A stretch of 64,000 nucleotides of DNA, taken from NCBI RefSeq assembly GCF_009914755.1, contig NC_060927.1; one strand, 5' to 3'. How positions within the stretch are numbered: position 1 is the stretch's first letter; each line of letters starts with the position of its first letter. This DNA comes from the human T2T-CHM13v2.0 reference genome, Homo sapiens. The translations under genes were made by a program, and so were the position numbers. The notes under the pieces are model-generated. The model saw only the letters and a list, made by a program, of their open reading frames with translations. It was not told where the DNA came from and made no database searches. This document shows, one piece after another, positions 13,853 through 28,089 of the stretch.

Positions 13853-15600
13853 CTAGGGAAGAGGTCATTTGCAATTGAGCTCTCAATAGTTCTAGAAGGT
13901 GAGACATGAAACATACAATAGGACAATTCTGAACAAGGGTATTCCTAAGTTGACTGAAAGAATATTCACAAGGAAAAGCTCTTTGTAAAATTTATTTCAA
14001 AAGGAGGGGAGGGAGACTTGAAGCTAGGTACATTCATCTTCAATAAAGCATTGACTGTGGAGAAAGGAAATGAATATAGTAAAATTGGAAGCCAGTTTTT
14101 ATCTGAGCTCAAAGCTAATTCCTCCAAGGAAAGCAGCATCTCATAGTTATTTGAGGGCATTTGAAGTGTAATTTTGATACAGTTGAGAGAAACTGTGCTA
14201 GCAAGAAATATTATAAACATAAAAATGTGGGAAATTATTAGTTCAACCTATGCATGTGTAAAACTTTTTTTAATATAATAATGTGGGACAACTTTCAGTT
14301 ATAACAAACTTCATAAGACATCAAGAGGTTCATAGTGTAGAGGTTCCTATAAGTGTAATAAATGTAGGAAGGCCTTCACTAGAAAATTCCACTTCATTGT
14401 GCATAGAGAAGTCATACTGGAGAGAATTTTTATGATTTTAATTAAAGTAAAAAGCCACAGTACCAGGGGTTAAAATTCTTTAGCCACCCAAAATTTGTAG
14501 AAATGATAATCCTAATCAATATAACAAATATGGCAAAGCTTTCTTCAGTGGATAATACTTTATTGTATATCAGAAGAATCACACAGGAGGGGAAATTAGA
14601 TTCCTATAGCTGCCAAAACAGATAAGCACAAATTGGGTGGCTTAAAACAACAGGAGTTTATTCTCTCACAGCTTAAGAGGCCAGAAGTCAGAAATAAAGG
14701 GATTTGGGAAGTTTGTTCCTTCTGGAGGCTCTCAAGAAGAAACTGTTCTATGCCCTTCTCCTAGATTCTGCTGGTTGCCAGTAATTTTTGGCATTGCTTG
14801 ATGTGTAGCTATATCACTCCAGTCTCCATCCTCACATGGCTTTCTTCTCTGTGTGTGTCTCTGTCTCTTCTACTCTTCTTGTAAGGAAACCAGTCATCAT
14901 ATTTAGGGCATATCCTAATTTCAGTATGACTTTATCTTCAATAATTACATCTGAAAAGACCCCATTCCAAATAAAGTTACATTCCAAGATTCTGGGTGGA
15001 TGTGAATTTTGAGGGGGAGGTGGACACTATTCAACCCACTACAAACCCCGTGAATGTAGTAAATGTGAGAAACCTTGTACCTGTAGCTCAGTTTCTGTAC
15101 AACAATAGTAAGAAGTCCTTTGAATGCTAGCAATGTGGGCAGTTCTTTAACTATAAATCATCCTTCATTAGTATTGGAGAATTCATACTGGAGAGAATAC
15201 AGTATAAACTGTAATTAGTGTGGAAATACTTTTCAAAATAACTTCTCTTTTACTAATGTAAAAACTCCTAATACTCCTAAATCTCATTAATATAGTCAAT
15301 GTATTAAATTATTTAGATACCTCATTAACCACAGAGAATGCACATTGAAGAGAAACCTCATGATTATGTCACAGAGCCTTTAGCTATAAAGACCTCATTT
15401 AGAGAGCAAATAATTTACACTGGAGAAAACATTATCAATTTATTACATTCATCAGAATGTATAAGAGTTCATTAATTACTTGGCATGTAAAGACTCATGC
15501 ACGTGGATAAACAACATGTGAGAACTCATACAGGTGAAAAGCCAGTTTGGGAAAATCACCTGGAAAAGAAACTTTGTAAATCACTAAATTCATCCTGAGT
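13853..15600 (+). pseudogene. Highly decayed KRAB-type C2H2 zinc-finger terminal exon
   Basis: Acceptor tttttcag at 13852. KRAB-ZNF spacer-like text (ttgactgtggagaaaggaaatgaatatagtaaaattgg). Finger remnants: RHQEVHS..YKCNKCRKAFTRKFHFIVH..HTGE (~14315-14425), ECSKCEK (15052), FEC*QCGQFFNYKSS..RIHTGE (15119-15195), HIEEKPH (~15340), RTHTGEKP (~15520-15544). Many stops and frameshifts. Confidence 0.85.
14595..15043 (-). mobile_element. MLT1 (MLT1C-like) solo LTR inserted in a zinc-finger linker
   Basis: ggtggcttaaaacaacaggagtttattctctcacag ... ggacactattcaacccactaca; flanks read HTG.. | ..PRECSKC. Confidence 0.85.
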
Positions 15601-16287
15601 ACATACTGAATTATTCTATTAATTTGGAAAATTTGGAATTCATGTAAACATATTCTAATAAATTGATATTATCAGATACCAAAAAGAAAAACTTATAAGC
15701 TTTAAGATTCTTCAGTATAGTGTTTATAATTTTTTGCATAATTTAAATTAATTCAGGTAGCAGAATAAAAATTCAAATACACTGGAAAGGAATAGGAATA
15801 TGATAGGGTATGACTCAGAGTCCCTACTCTCGTAGTACCTTACTTTTATTTTTTAAACCAACAAGTTAGAAGGGAAACCTATTTATGAGGGTCATGTACC
15901 ATATTTTATCAAATCAAACTTGTAATGAATTGTGAGATATGCCATTATTTTGTGTACCACTAAGACTTAAAAAACCTCCTAGACTATGGTATTTCATTGA
16001 TTATAAGATGCATCATGATTCAGAGGTGTTGAAATGTGGGGGTATAAGTGAACCCTACAATGGAGTCTCTAAGCCATATGATAATTCAGTAATATTTCAT
16101 TAGGTAGAGGGAAAAATGCATTGGATTTGAGCCCAAATTAACAAAATCTAATCTTTTCCTCTCTACCAAAAATCTTGTGCTGAAATAGTAATTGCACTTA
16201 TTTCTGTAATATTTTGCTTTCTTTTCAGAAATCTTTTTTGGTATTTCAGCATGTGTATGGATGGTATACTAAGAATTGATCACATTT

Positions 16288-19200
16288 GGTTGTTGAGGGG
16301 CCAGGATGGCTGATTGGAAGTAGCTGCAGTCTGTGGCACTCACAGAGAGGAATGAAAGGAGCAAGTGAATTCAGCACCTTCAATTGAGATATTCGGGTTC
16401 TCATATTGGGACTGACTAAGCAAATAGCTTGACCCACAGAGAATGAAAAGAAGTGGGGTGGGGTGATGACCCACTTGGGAGCAGCACCAAGCCAAGGGAA
16501 CCCCCACCCCCAGCCAAGGGAAGTGGTGAGTCAATGCGTGACCCTTCCCCAGAAATTACACTCATCCCATGGATCTCTGCAAGCTGTGGATCAGGAGATC
16601 CCCTCATGAGCCACAATACCAGGGTCTTGGGCTCGATACATGGCCTGTGTGGAGTCTTGGCAGAGTGGCCACTCAGGCACACACAGACACCCAGGAGTTT
16701 TGCATACTCCAGCCCCAGGATCTGTGGCAAGGCAGAAGATTCATCTGTGCATGTCCCTAGGAAGGGGGCTGAGTCTGGGGAGCCAAGTGGCATCATTCTG
16801 CAGGCCCCATTTCCATGGCATCTCACAGGTTGAGACCCAATGGCTTGGAATTCCAGCCAGCCGGCAGCAGTAGGCTGGAGTCTGCCTGAGTCTGGACCAA
16901 GTTCCCAGGGGTAGGGGTGGCTGCCATCTCTGTGGTTTGGTAGACTCAGTTGTTTCAGCCTGCCAGCTTTGAAAAATACAGGTGGTCTGAACAAGGGGGG
17001 GATCCCCACAGGACAGCACAGCTGCCTTGCCAGATCTTGGCCAGACTGCTTTTTTAAGCAGGACCCTGAACCATTTCTTCTCACTGGGTGAGACCTCCCT
17101 GCAGGGGCTTCAGCCACTCCAGCAAGTGTTCTATAGACAGAGCTCTGATCTCTACCCCCAGGGAGAGCTTTGTCCCACAAAGCTCCAGGGGGAGGGGTGG
17201 CTACCATCTCTGCAGTTTGGTAGACTCAGCTGTTCCAGCCTGCTGGCTTTGGAGAATACAAATGGTCCAGATGAGGAATGGTCCTCCCCAACTCAGCTTA
17301 CCTGCTCTACCAAAGGGCAGTCAGACTGCTTCTTTAGGTAGGTCCCTGATCCTGTTCTTTCCCACTGGGTGAGACCTCCTAGCAGGGGTCTTCAACCACC
17401 TCCTGCAGCCACATTCAGGCTGGCAACAAGTGAGTGGCCCCGGAGTTGGAGTTTCTGGAGGAAGGAGCAGGCTTCCCTCTTTGCTGTTTTGCAGGCATCA
17501 CTTGTGATACCTCCAGGTATGGGAAAAACCGAGGCAACTAGGGTCTGGAGTGGAACCCCAGCAAACCACAACAGCTTTACTGAAGAGTGGCCTGTTAAAA
17601 CAAACAGAAAATAACAACATCCACAAAGATCTCACAAAAGTCAGAAACCTCAAAGATTGAAGGTAGATAACCCCACAAAGATGAGAAAAAATCAACACAA
17701 AAACACTGAAAACTCAAAAAGTCAGTGTGTCTTCTCCTCCAAATGACCACAACACCTATCCAGCAAGGGCACAGAACTGGGCTGAGGCTGAGATGGCTGA
17801 ATTGACAGAAGTAGACTTTAGAAGGTGGGTAATAATGAACTTCACAGAGCTAAAGGAGCATGTTATAACCCAATGCAAAGAAGCTAGGAATCATGATAAG
17901 ACAATACAGGTGCGACAACCAGAATAGCCAGTTATGTTTCTCTCCTTTAGAGAGATTTAGAAGTCCTGGCCACAGCTATGAGCCTGCAAGATAAAGAAAT
18001 CAAGAGTATTCTAGTAGGAAGAGAGGAAGTCATATTGTCTTTGTTTACAGATGACATGATCCTATATCTAGAAAACTCCATTGTCTTGGCCCAAAAGCTT
18101 CTAAGCTGATAAGCAACTTCAGCAAAGTCTCAGGATATAAAATCAATGTGTAAAAATTGCTAGCATTTCTATACACCAATAACAAGCAAGCAGAGAGCCA
18201 AATTATGAATGAACTCCCATTCACAATTGCTACAGAAAGAAAAAAATATCCAGGAATACAGCTAACAAGGGAAGTGAAGGACCTCTTCAAGGAGAACTAC
18301 AAACGGCTGCTCAAGGAAATCAGAGAGGACACAAACAAATGGAAAAACATTCCATGGTCATGGATAGGAAGAATCAATACAGTGAAAATGGCCATACTGC
18401 CCAAAGTAATTTGTGGAATCAATGCTATTCCCATTAAACTACCATTGACACTCTTCACAGAATTACAAAAAACTATTCTAAAATTTGTATGGAACTAAAA
18501 GAGAGCTTGAAAAGCCAAATCATCCTAAGCAAAAAGAACAAAGCTGGAGGTATCACGCTACCTGACTTCAGATTATACTACAAGGCTACAGTAACTAAAA
18601 CAGCATGGTACTGGTACAAGAGCAGACACATAGACCAATGGAACAGAATAGAGAACTCAGAAATAAGACCACACACCTACAGTGATTTGATCCTCAACAA
18701 ACCTGACAAAAACAAGCAATGGGGGAAGATTTTTTATTTTATAAGTGATGCTGGGAGAACTGGCTTTCCAAATGCGGAAAGTTGAAACTGGAACCCTTCC
18801 TTACACCATATGCAGAAATTAACTCAAGGTGGATTAAAGACTTGATGTAAAACACAAAAGTATAAAAACCCTAGAAGAAAATCTAGGCAATACCATTCAG
18901 GACATAGGCACAGACAAAGATTTCATGATGAAAATGCCAAAAGCAATAGCAGCAAAAGCAAAAATCGACAAATGGGATCTAATTAAACCAAAGAACTTCT
19001 GCACAGCTGAAGAAACAATCATCAGAGTGAATAGACAACCTACAGAATGGGAGAAAATTTTTGCAATCTATCCATCTGACAAAGTTCTAATATCCAGAGT
19101 CTACAAGGAACTTAAATTTATAAGAAAGAAAAAACCCCATTAAAAAGTGGGCAAAGACATGAAGAGACACTTATCAAAAGAAGACATACACATGGCCAAC

Positions 19201-19955
19201 AAGCATATGAAAAAGAAGCTGAACATCACTGATCGTTAGGGAAATGCACATAAAAACCACAATGAGATACCATCTCATGCTAGTCAGAATGGCTATTACT
19301 AAAAAGCCAAAAAACAACAGATGTTGCGAGGTTGCAGAGAAAAAGGAATGCCTTTACACTGTTAGTAGGAGTGTAAATTAGTTCAACTGTGGGGATTCTT
19401 CAAAGATCTAGAGGCGGAAATACCATTTGACTTAGCAACCCTATTATTAGGTTTTTCCCCAAAGGAATATAAATCACTTAATTGTAAAGATACATGCACG
19501 TGTATGTTCATTACGGAACTATTCACAATAGCAAAGACATGAAATCAACATAAATGCCCATCAACAATAGACTGGATAAAGAAAATATGATACATATACA
19601 CCATGGAACACTATGCAGCCATGAAAAGGATCAGGACATAGATGAAATTGGAAGCCATTATCCTCAGCAAACTAACACAGGAATAGAAAACCAAATGTTG
19701 CTTGTTCTCACTTACAAGTGGAAGCTGAATTATGAGAATACATGGACACATGGGGTGTGGGGAACAACACACACTGGGGACACGTGGGGACTGTCGTGGG
19801 GACAGGGGGAAGGAGAGCATCAGGAAAAATAGCTAACGGATGCTGGGCTTAATACCTAGGTGATGGAATGATCTGTGCAGCAAACCACCATGGCACACAT
19901 TTACCTATGTAACAAACCTGCACATCTGGAACATGTCCCTTTGAACTTGAAGAAA
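16288..19955 (+). mobile_element. Older L1PA with 5'UTR and 3' end but a large internal deletion
   Basis: 5'UTR from gaggggccaggatggctg; ORF1 start ~17681 jumps at ~17950 into ORF2 RT; 17-bp TSD aagaattgatcacattt at 16271-16287 and 19956-19972. Confidence 0.92.
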
Positions 19956-20279
19956 AAGAATTGATCACATTTTCCTGGTTTCTCATATATTGAGTATTTT
20001 GAATTATAGTTAGACTTTGTGATTTGTCCTCAGTCCTGGCACATAAATCTTGAGATACCCTGTGTACTATGATTAATTATTTTGAATACACTGCACTAAC
20101 TCATCTTGTAACATATTTTTAGTTTTAGTTTTTTTATATATATACTATGTATCCATAATAGTTACAGTTTATATAGGGTACATGAGATATTTTGATACAG
20201 GCGTGCAATACATAATAATCACACCAGGGTGAATGTAGTATCACTCACCTCAAGCATTTATCTCTGTGTTACAAACAAT

Positions 20280-20960
<681 letters not shown>

Positions 20961-23900
20961 CAAAGGCGAAGATGGTGGGTAGGAGACAGGGCTAATGGGC
21001 AGCTACCAAATGGATGGACGGAACAGCATGTGGAGACTTACACTGTGATCTTTTGCTCAAGAACCATTGCAGGAACATATCAGGAAAACCATAAGAATTC
21101 ACAGATCCTTTGAAAGAAGTGACATGCCACTGCAAATTCTGTGCAACAAGTGAAAACCTATAGGTTCCCAAAGTGTGAGAGGGGGAAAACCTCCCTCTGA
21201 ACATACATCCCCATTGGGGAATCTGAAAATCTAGATCATGAGAGAAGGATTTAACTTCTTGTACACTGTCAGTGGTTATATAAATTAGTACAATCATTAT
21301 GAAGAACAGTTTGGAGGTTCCTTAAAAAACTAACAATAGAGCTACTATATGATCCAGCAATCCCACTGCTAGGTATATGCTATAAAATAAAGGAAATCAG
21401 TATTTTGAAGAGATATCTGCGCTCCCATGTTTGTTGCAGCACCATCACAATAACCAAGATTTGGAAGCAGCCAAGCCCAGGGAAGCCATCCCTGACTATA
21501 TCTCACAGGGACCCTTGGGGAAGGCAGACAGTGGAATTGGGGAGGGGTTGTGGGGCAAAAGAAGTTCTCAACTTAAATTGGTAGTGATTTCGACTGGGCA
21601 CAAGTTTTCTTGAACAGAGTCTGGGGGATGAGCAGGAGCTGTTGTGGGTATGAATGCGTGCAGGAACACAGGAGCTGCTGCCAACAGAGCGGGCAGACAG
21701 AGAGGGGTGAGGTCCGAAAGTTGTGCGTGCTTTCTCAGCAGGGTAGCTCATGGCCTGGGGCAAGGTCTGAGTGGGGCACTGTGGGCGTGACACCAGCCTC
21801 ACCAACTGCATGGGAGCTGGGTCAGGCCTCTTGCTACCGGCTATCCCCAACTTCCCTGGTGAACTGTATGACACAGCAGAGGCAGCCAAGAGCCCCTCAG
21901 GAACATACCCCATTGGCCTGATAACCACTCTCAACCCCATTATCTACAGTGGTTGTGGCAAGCCCTGCCCAAGGAGAGTCTGAGCCCAGACCTGCCTAAC
22001 CCTGCCCCTACCTGCCTTGGTAGCCGAACACAAAACACAGAAACTCTTGGGAGTTTCATGGCCCCACCCATCACCTGAGAAACCTGGTATCCATGGCTGG
22101 GAGACCTGAATACAGATCACATCACAGGACTCTGCAGACATCTCCCAGCACCAGCCTGGAGCCTAGTAGCCCCCCTGGGTGGCTAGACCCAGAAGAGAAA
22201 TAACAATCACTGCAGTTCAGCTATCAGGAAGCCCCATTCCTAGGGGAAGGGGGAGAGTACCACATCAAGAGAACACGCAAAGGGACAAGAGAATCTGAAC
22301 AGAAGGCCTTGAGTTTCAAACCTCTCTGCTGAAATAGCCTACCCAAATGAGAAGGAACCAGAAAAGTAATTCTGGTAATATGACAAAACAGAGTTCTATA
22401 ACACTCTCCAAAAATCACACCAGCTACCCAGTAATGGATACAAACCAAGAAGAAATCTCTGAATTTCCAGATAAAGAATTCAGAAGGTTGATTATTAAAC
22501 TACTCAAGGAGATACCAAAAAAAAAGTGAAAATCAACTTAAATAAATTTAAAAAAATATAGGATATGGTTGAAAAAATCACCAGAGAAAGAGATATCATA
22601 GAGAAAAAACAATCACAACTTCTGGAAATGAAAGACACACTTAGAGATATAAAAATGCAGTGGGAAGTTTCAATAATAGACTAGAGCAAGTAGAAGAAAA
22701 AACTTTAGAGCTCAAAGACAAAGCTTTGAAATTAATCCAATCAGACAAAGACAAAAAGAAAAAAAAATTGAAAAAAATGAACACAGCCTTCCAGAAATTT
22801 GGGATTATGTTAAATGGCCAAACCTAAGAATAATTCATGTTCTTGAGGAAGAAGAGAAAAGTTTGGAAAACTTACTTGAGGGAATAATTGAGGATAACTT
22901 CTCTGCCCTTGCTAGAGATCTAGACATCCAAATACAAGAAGCTCAAAGAACACCTGGGAAGTTCTTCACAAAAAGATCATTACCTAGGCACATAGTCATC
23001 AGGTTATCTAAAGTCAAGATGAAGGAAAGAATCTTAAAAACTATGAGACAAAAACATCGGATAACCTGTAAAGGAAAACTTATCAGGTTAACAGCAGACT
23101 TCTCAGCAGAAACATTACAAGCCAGAAGGGATTGGGGTCTCATCTTTAGCCTCCTGAAACAAAATAATTGTCAGCCAAGAATTTTGAATCCAGTGAAACT
23201 TAAGCTTCATAGACAAAGGAAAGGCAGTCTTTTTCAAACAAATTCTGAGAGAATTCGTCACTACTAAGCCAGCACTACAAGAAATGCTAAAAGGAGCTCT
23301 AAATCTAGAACAAAAACCTCAAAGTACACCAAAATAGAACCTCCTTAAAGCATAAATCTCACAGGGCCTATAAGACAATAATACAATAAAAAAAAAAAGG
23401 TTTTAAGGCAACAACATGATGAATAGAACAGTACCTCACATCTCAATACTAATGTTGAATGTAAATTGTCTAAATGCTCCACTTAAAAGATATAGAATGG
23501 CAGAAGGGATAAACATCCATCAACCAAGTATCTGCTGCCTTAAAGAGTCTCACCTAACACATAAGGATTTACATAAACTTAAGGTAAAGGTGTGAGAAAA
23601 GATATTCCATGCAAATGGAAACCAAAAAGCAGGATTATCTATTCTTATATCAGACAAAAGAGACTTTAAAGCAGCAACAGTAAAACAAGACAAAAAGGGA
23701 CATGATATAATGATAAAAAGAATAGTCCAGCAGGAACATATCACCATCCTAAATATATTAGGCACCTAACACTGGCACTCACAAATTTATAAAGCAATTA
23801 CTACTAGACCTAAGAAATGAGACAGACATCAACACAGTAATAGTGTGGGACTTCAATACTCCACTGACAGCACTAGACATGAATCAAGACAGAAAGTCAA

Positions 23901-24597
23901 CAAAGAAACAATGGACTTAAACTTTACCTTAGAACAAATGGATTTACTAGATATTTACAGAACATTCTACCCAACAACTGCGGAATGTAGATTCTTTTCT
24001 TCAGGTCATGGAACATTCTCAAGATAGACCATATGATGGGTCACAAAGCAAGTTTCAATAAATTTAAGAAAATTGAAATTATATCAAGTATCCTCTCATA
24101 CCACAGTGGAATAAAACAGGAAATTAATTCCAAAAGGAACCCTCAAAACTATACAAATACATGGAAATTAAATAAAATGCTTTTGAATGATCTTTGAGTA
24201 AACAGTAGAATCAAGATGGAAATTAAGAAATTTCTTGAGCTGAACAATAATAGTGACATCAAAACCTCTGGGTTATAGCAAAAGTGGTGTTAAGAGGAAA
24301 GTTCATAGCATTAAATGCTTACATTAAAAAGTCTGAAAAGAGTAAAAATAGACAATCTAAGGTCACACCTCAAGGAACTATAGAAACAAGAACAAACCAA
24401 ACCCAAATCCAGCCGAAGAAAATAGCAAAGAATAGAAAGAAATTGCAAAGAATAAAAAAGAAATAACAAAGGTTAGAGCAGAACTAAATAACAACAAAAA
24501 ATACAAAAGATAAATAAAACAAGAAGCTGGTGCTTTGAAAAGATAAACAAAATTGATAGATCATTAACGAGATTAACCAAGAAAAGAAGAATAACTA

Positions 24598-24959
<362 letters not shown>

Positions 24960-27149
24960 TTACAACCAATACCACAGAAATACTAAAGATCATTCAAGGC
25001 TACTATGAACACCTTTATGCACACAAACTAGTAAATGTAGAGGAGATGGGTAAATTTCTGGAAATATACAATCCTTCCAGATTAAATCAAGAAGAAATAG
25101 GAACTCTGAACCAAATGATAACAAGTAGCAAAATTGAAACAGTAATAAATTTCCAACAAAAAAAAGTCCAGGACCAAATGGATTCACAGCGGATTTCCAT
25201 CAGATATTCAAAGAAGAGTTGGTACCAATCTTACTGAAATTATTCCAAAAGATAAAGAGGGAATCCTCCTTAAATCATTCTGTGAAGTCAGTATCACCCT
25301 AATTCCAAAACCAGGAAAGGACATAACAAGAAAAAAAAACTAAAGATAATATCCCTGATAAGCATAGATGCCAAAAATCCTTAACAAAATACTAGCTAAC
25401 CAAATCCAACAGCATATAAAAAAGATAATATACCATGATCAAGTGGGTTCCATACCAGGGATGCAGGGATGGTTTAACATATACAAGTAAATAAATATGA
25501 TATATCACAAAAAACAGAAGTAAAAACAAAAATTATATGATCATCTCAATAGATGAAGAAAAAGGATTTGACAAAATCCAGCATCACTTTATGATTAACA
25601 CTCTCAGCAAAATTGGCATAGAAGGGACATACCTCAAGGTAATAGGAGCTATCTATGTCGGACTCACAGCCAACATTATACTGAATGGGGAAAAGTTGAA
25701 AGCATTCCCCTTCAGAACTGGAACAAGACAAGGATGCCCACTTTCACCACTTCTATTCAACATAGTACAGGAAGTGCTAGCCAGAGCAATCAGACAAGAG
25801 AAAGAAATAAAGGTCATCGAAATTGGTAAAGAGGAACTCAAACTATCTCTGTAGATGAAATGATCCTATACCTAGAAAACCCTAAAGACTCATCCAAAAC
25901 CCCCCTAGATCTGACAAATGAATTCGGTAAAGCTTCAGGATACAAAATAAATGTACACAAGTCAGTAGCACTGCTATGCACCAACAGTGACCAAGCTGAG
26001 AAACAAATCAAGAACTTCAATCCCTTTTACAAAACAAATTTAGGAATATAGCTAACCAATGATGTGAAAGATTTCTACAAGGAAAACTACAAAAAAACTG
26101 CTGAAAGAAGTCATTGATGACACAAACAAATGGAAACACATCCCATGCTCATGGATTGGAAGAATCAATATTGTGAAAATGGCCATACTATCCAAAGCAA
26201 TCTACAAATCCAAGCAATTCCCATCAAAATACCAACATCATTTTTCACAGAATTAGAAAAAAAAATCCAAAAATTCATATGAAACCAAAAAAGAGCCTAA
26301 ATACTCAAAGCAATCCTAAGCAAAAAGAACAAATCTGGGGGAATCGCATTACCTGATTTCAACCTATACTACAAGGCTATAGTTTCCAAAACAGCATGGT
26401 CCTGGTATAAAAATAGGCATGTAAACCAATGGAACAGAATAGAGAACCCAGAAATAAAGTGAAATACTTGCAACCAACTGATCTTCTACAAAGCAAACAA
26501 AACATAAAGTGGGGAAAGGACACCCTATACAACAAACGATGCTTGGATAATTGGCAAGCCACATGTAGAATAATGAAACTGGATTCTCATCTCTCACCTT
26601 ATACAAAAATCTACTCAAGATTAATCAAGGACTTAAATCTAAGACCTGAAATCATAAAAATTCTAGAAGATAACATTGGAAAAACTCTTCTAGACATTGG
26701 ATTAGGCAGAGTTCATGACCAAGAACCCAAAAGCAAATGTAACGAAGACAAATAGATGGGACCTAATTAAACTAAAAAGCTTCTGCACAGCAAAAGAAAT
26801 AATCAGCAAACAGACAATCAGAGTGGGAGAAAATATTCACAAACGATGCATCTGACAAAGATTCAGAATCCACAAAATCTGACAAATATTCAGAATCCAC
26901 AAGGAACTCAAAAAAAATCAGCAAGAAAAAGAAATAATCCCATCAAAAAGTGGGCAAAGGACATGAATAGACAATTCTCAAAAGAAGATATACAAATGGC
27001 TAACAGACATATGAAAAAAAAAATACTCTCAGCATCACTAATTATCAGGGAAATGCAAGTGAAAATCACAATGAGATACAACCTTACTCCTGCAAGAATG
27101 GCCATAATTTAAAAATAAAAAAAAATAGTTGTTTGTGTGGATGTGGTGA

Positions 27150-27461
<312 letters not shown>

Positions 27462-28089
27462 AAGGGAACACTTTTACACTGCTGGTGGGAATGTAAAATA
27501 GTACAAACCACTATAGGAAACAGTATAAAGATTCTTTAAAGAACTAAAAGTAGAATTATCATTTGATCCGGCAATCCCACTGCTGGGTATCTACCAGAGG
27601 AAAAGCAGTCATTATATGAAAAAGACACTTGTCCACACATATTTATAGCAGCACAATTCACAATTGCAAACAAAATGGAACCAGCCTGAGTGCACATCAA
27701 CCAATGAGTAGATAAATAAATATGGTATATATACACCATGGAATACTACTCAGCTGTAAAAAGGAATGAAGTAACGGCATTCGCAGAAAACTGGATGGAG
27801 TTGGAGAATGTTATTCTAAGTGAAGTAACTCAGGAATGGAAAACCAAATATCATATTCTCACCTGTAAGTGGGAGCTAAGCTATGAGGATGTAAAGGCAT
27901 AAGAATGATATAATGGACTTGGGAGACTTGGGGGAAGGGTGGAAGGTGGGTGAGGGATAAAAGACTACACATTGGGTACAATATACACTGCTAGCGTGGC
28001 AGGTGGACCAAAATCTCAGAAATCACCACTAAAGTAAGCAAAAAACCACCTGTTCCCCAAAAACTATTGAAATAAATAAATTAATACAT

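Noticed and set aside
16416-17410. 263-aa minus-strand ORF and ~280-bp internal duplication
   Set aside because: Both lie in the L1PA 5'UTR, where repeated blocks are a subfamily feature.
26850-26905. 27-bp tandem duplication in L1PB ORF2 (similar small duplications at ~407-430 and ~62470-62500)
   Set aside because: Ordinary slippage in neutral sequence.
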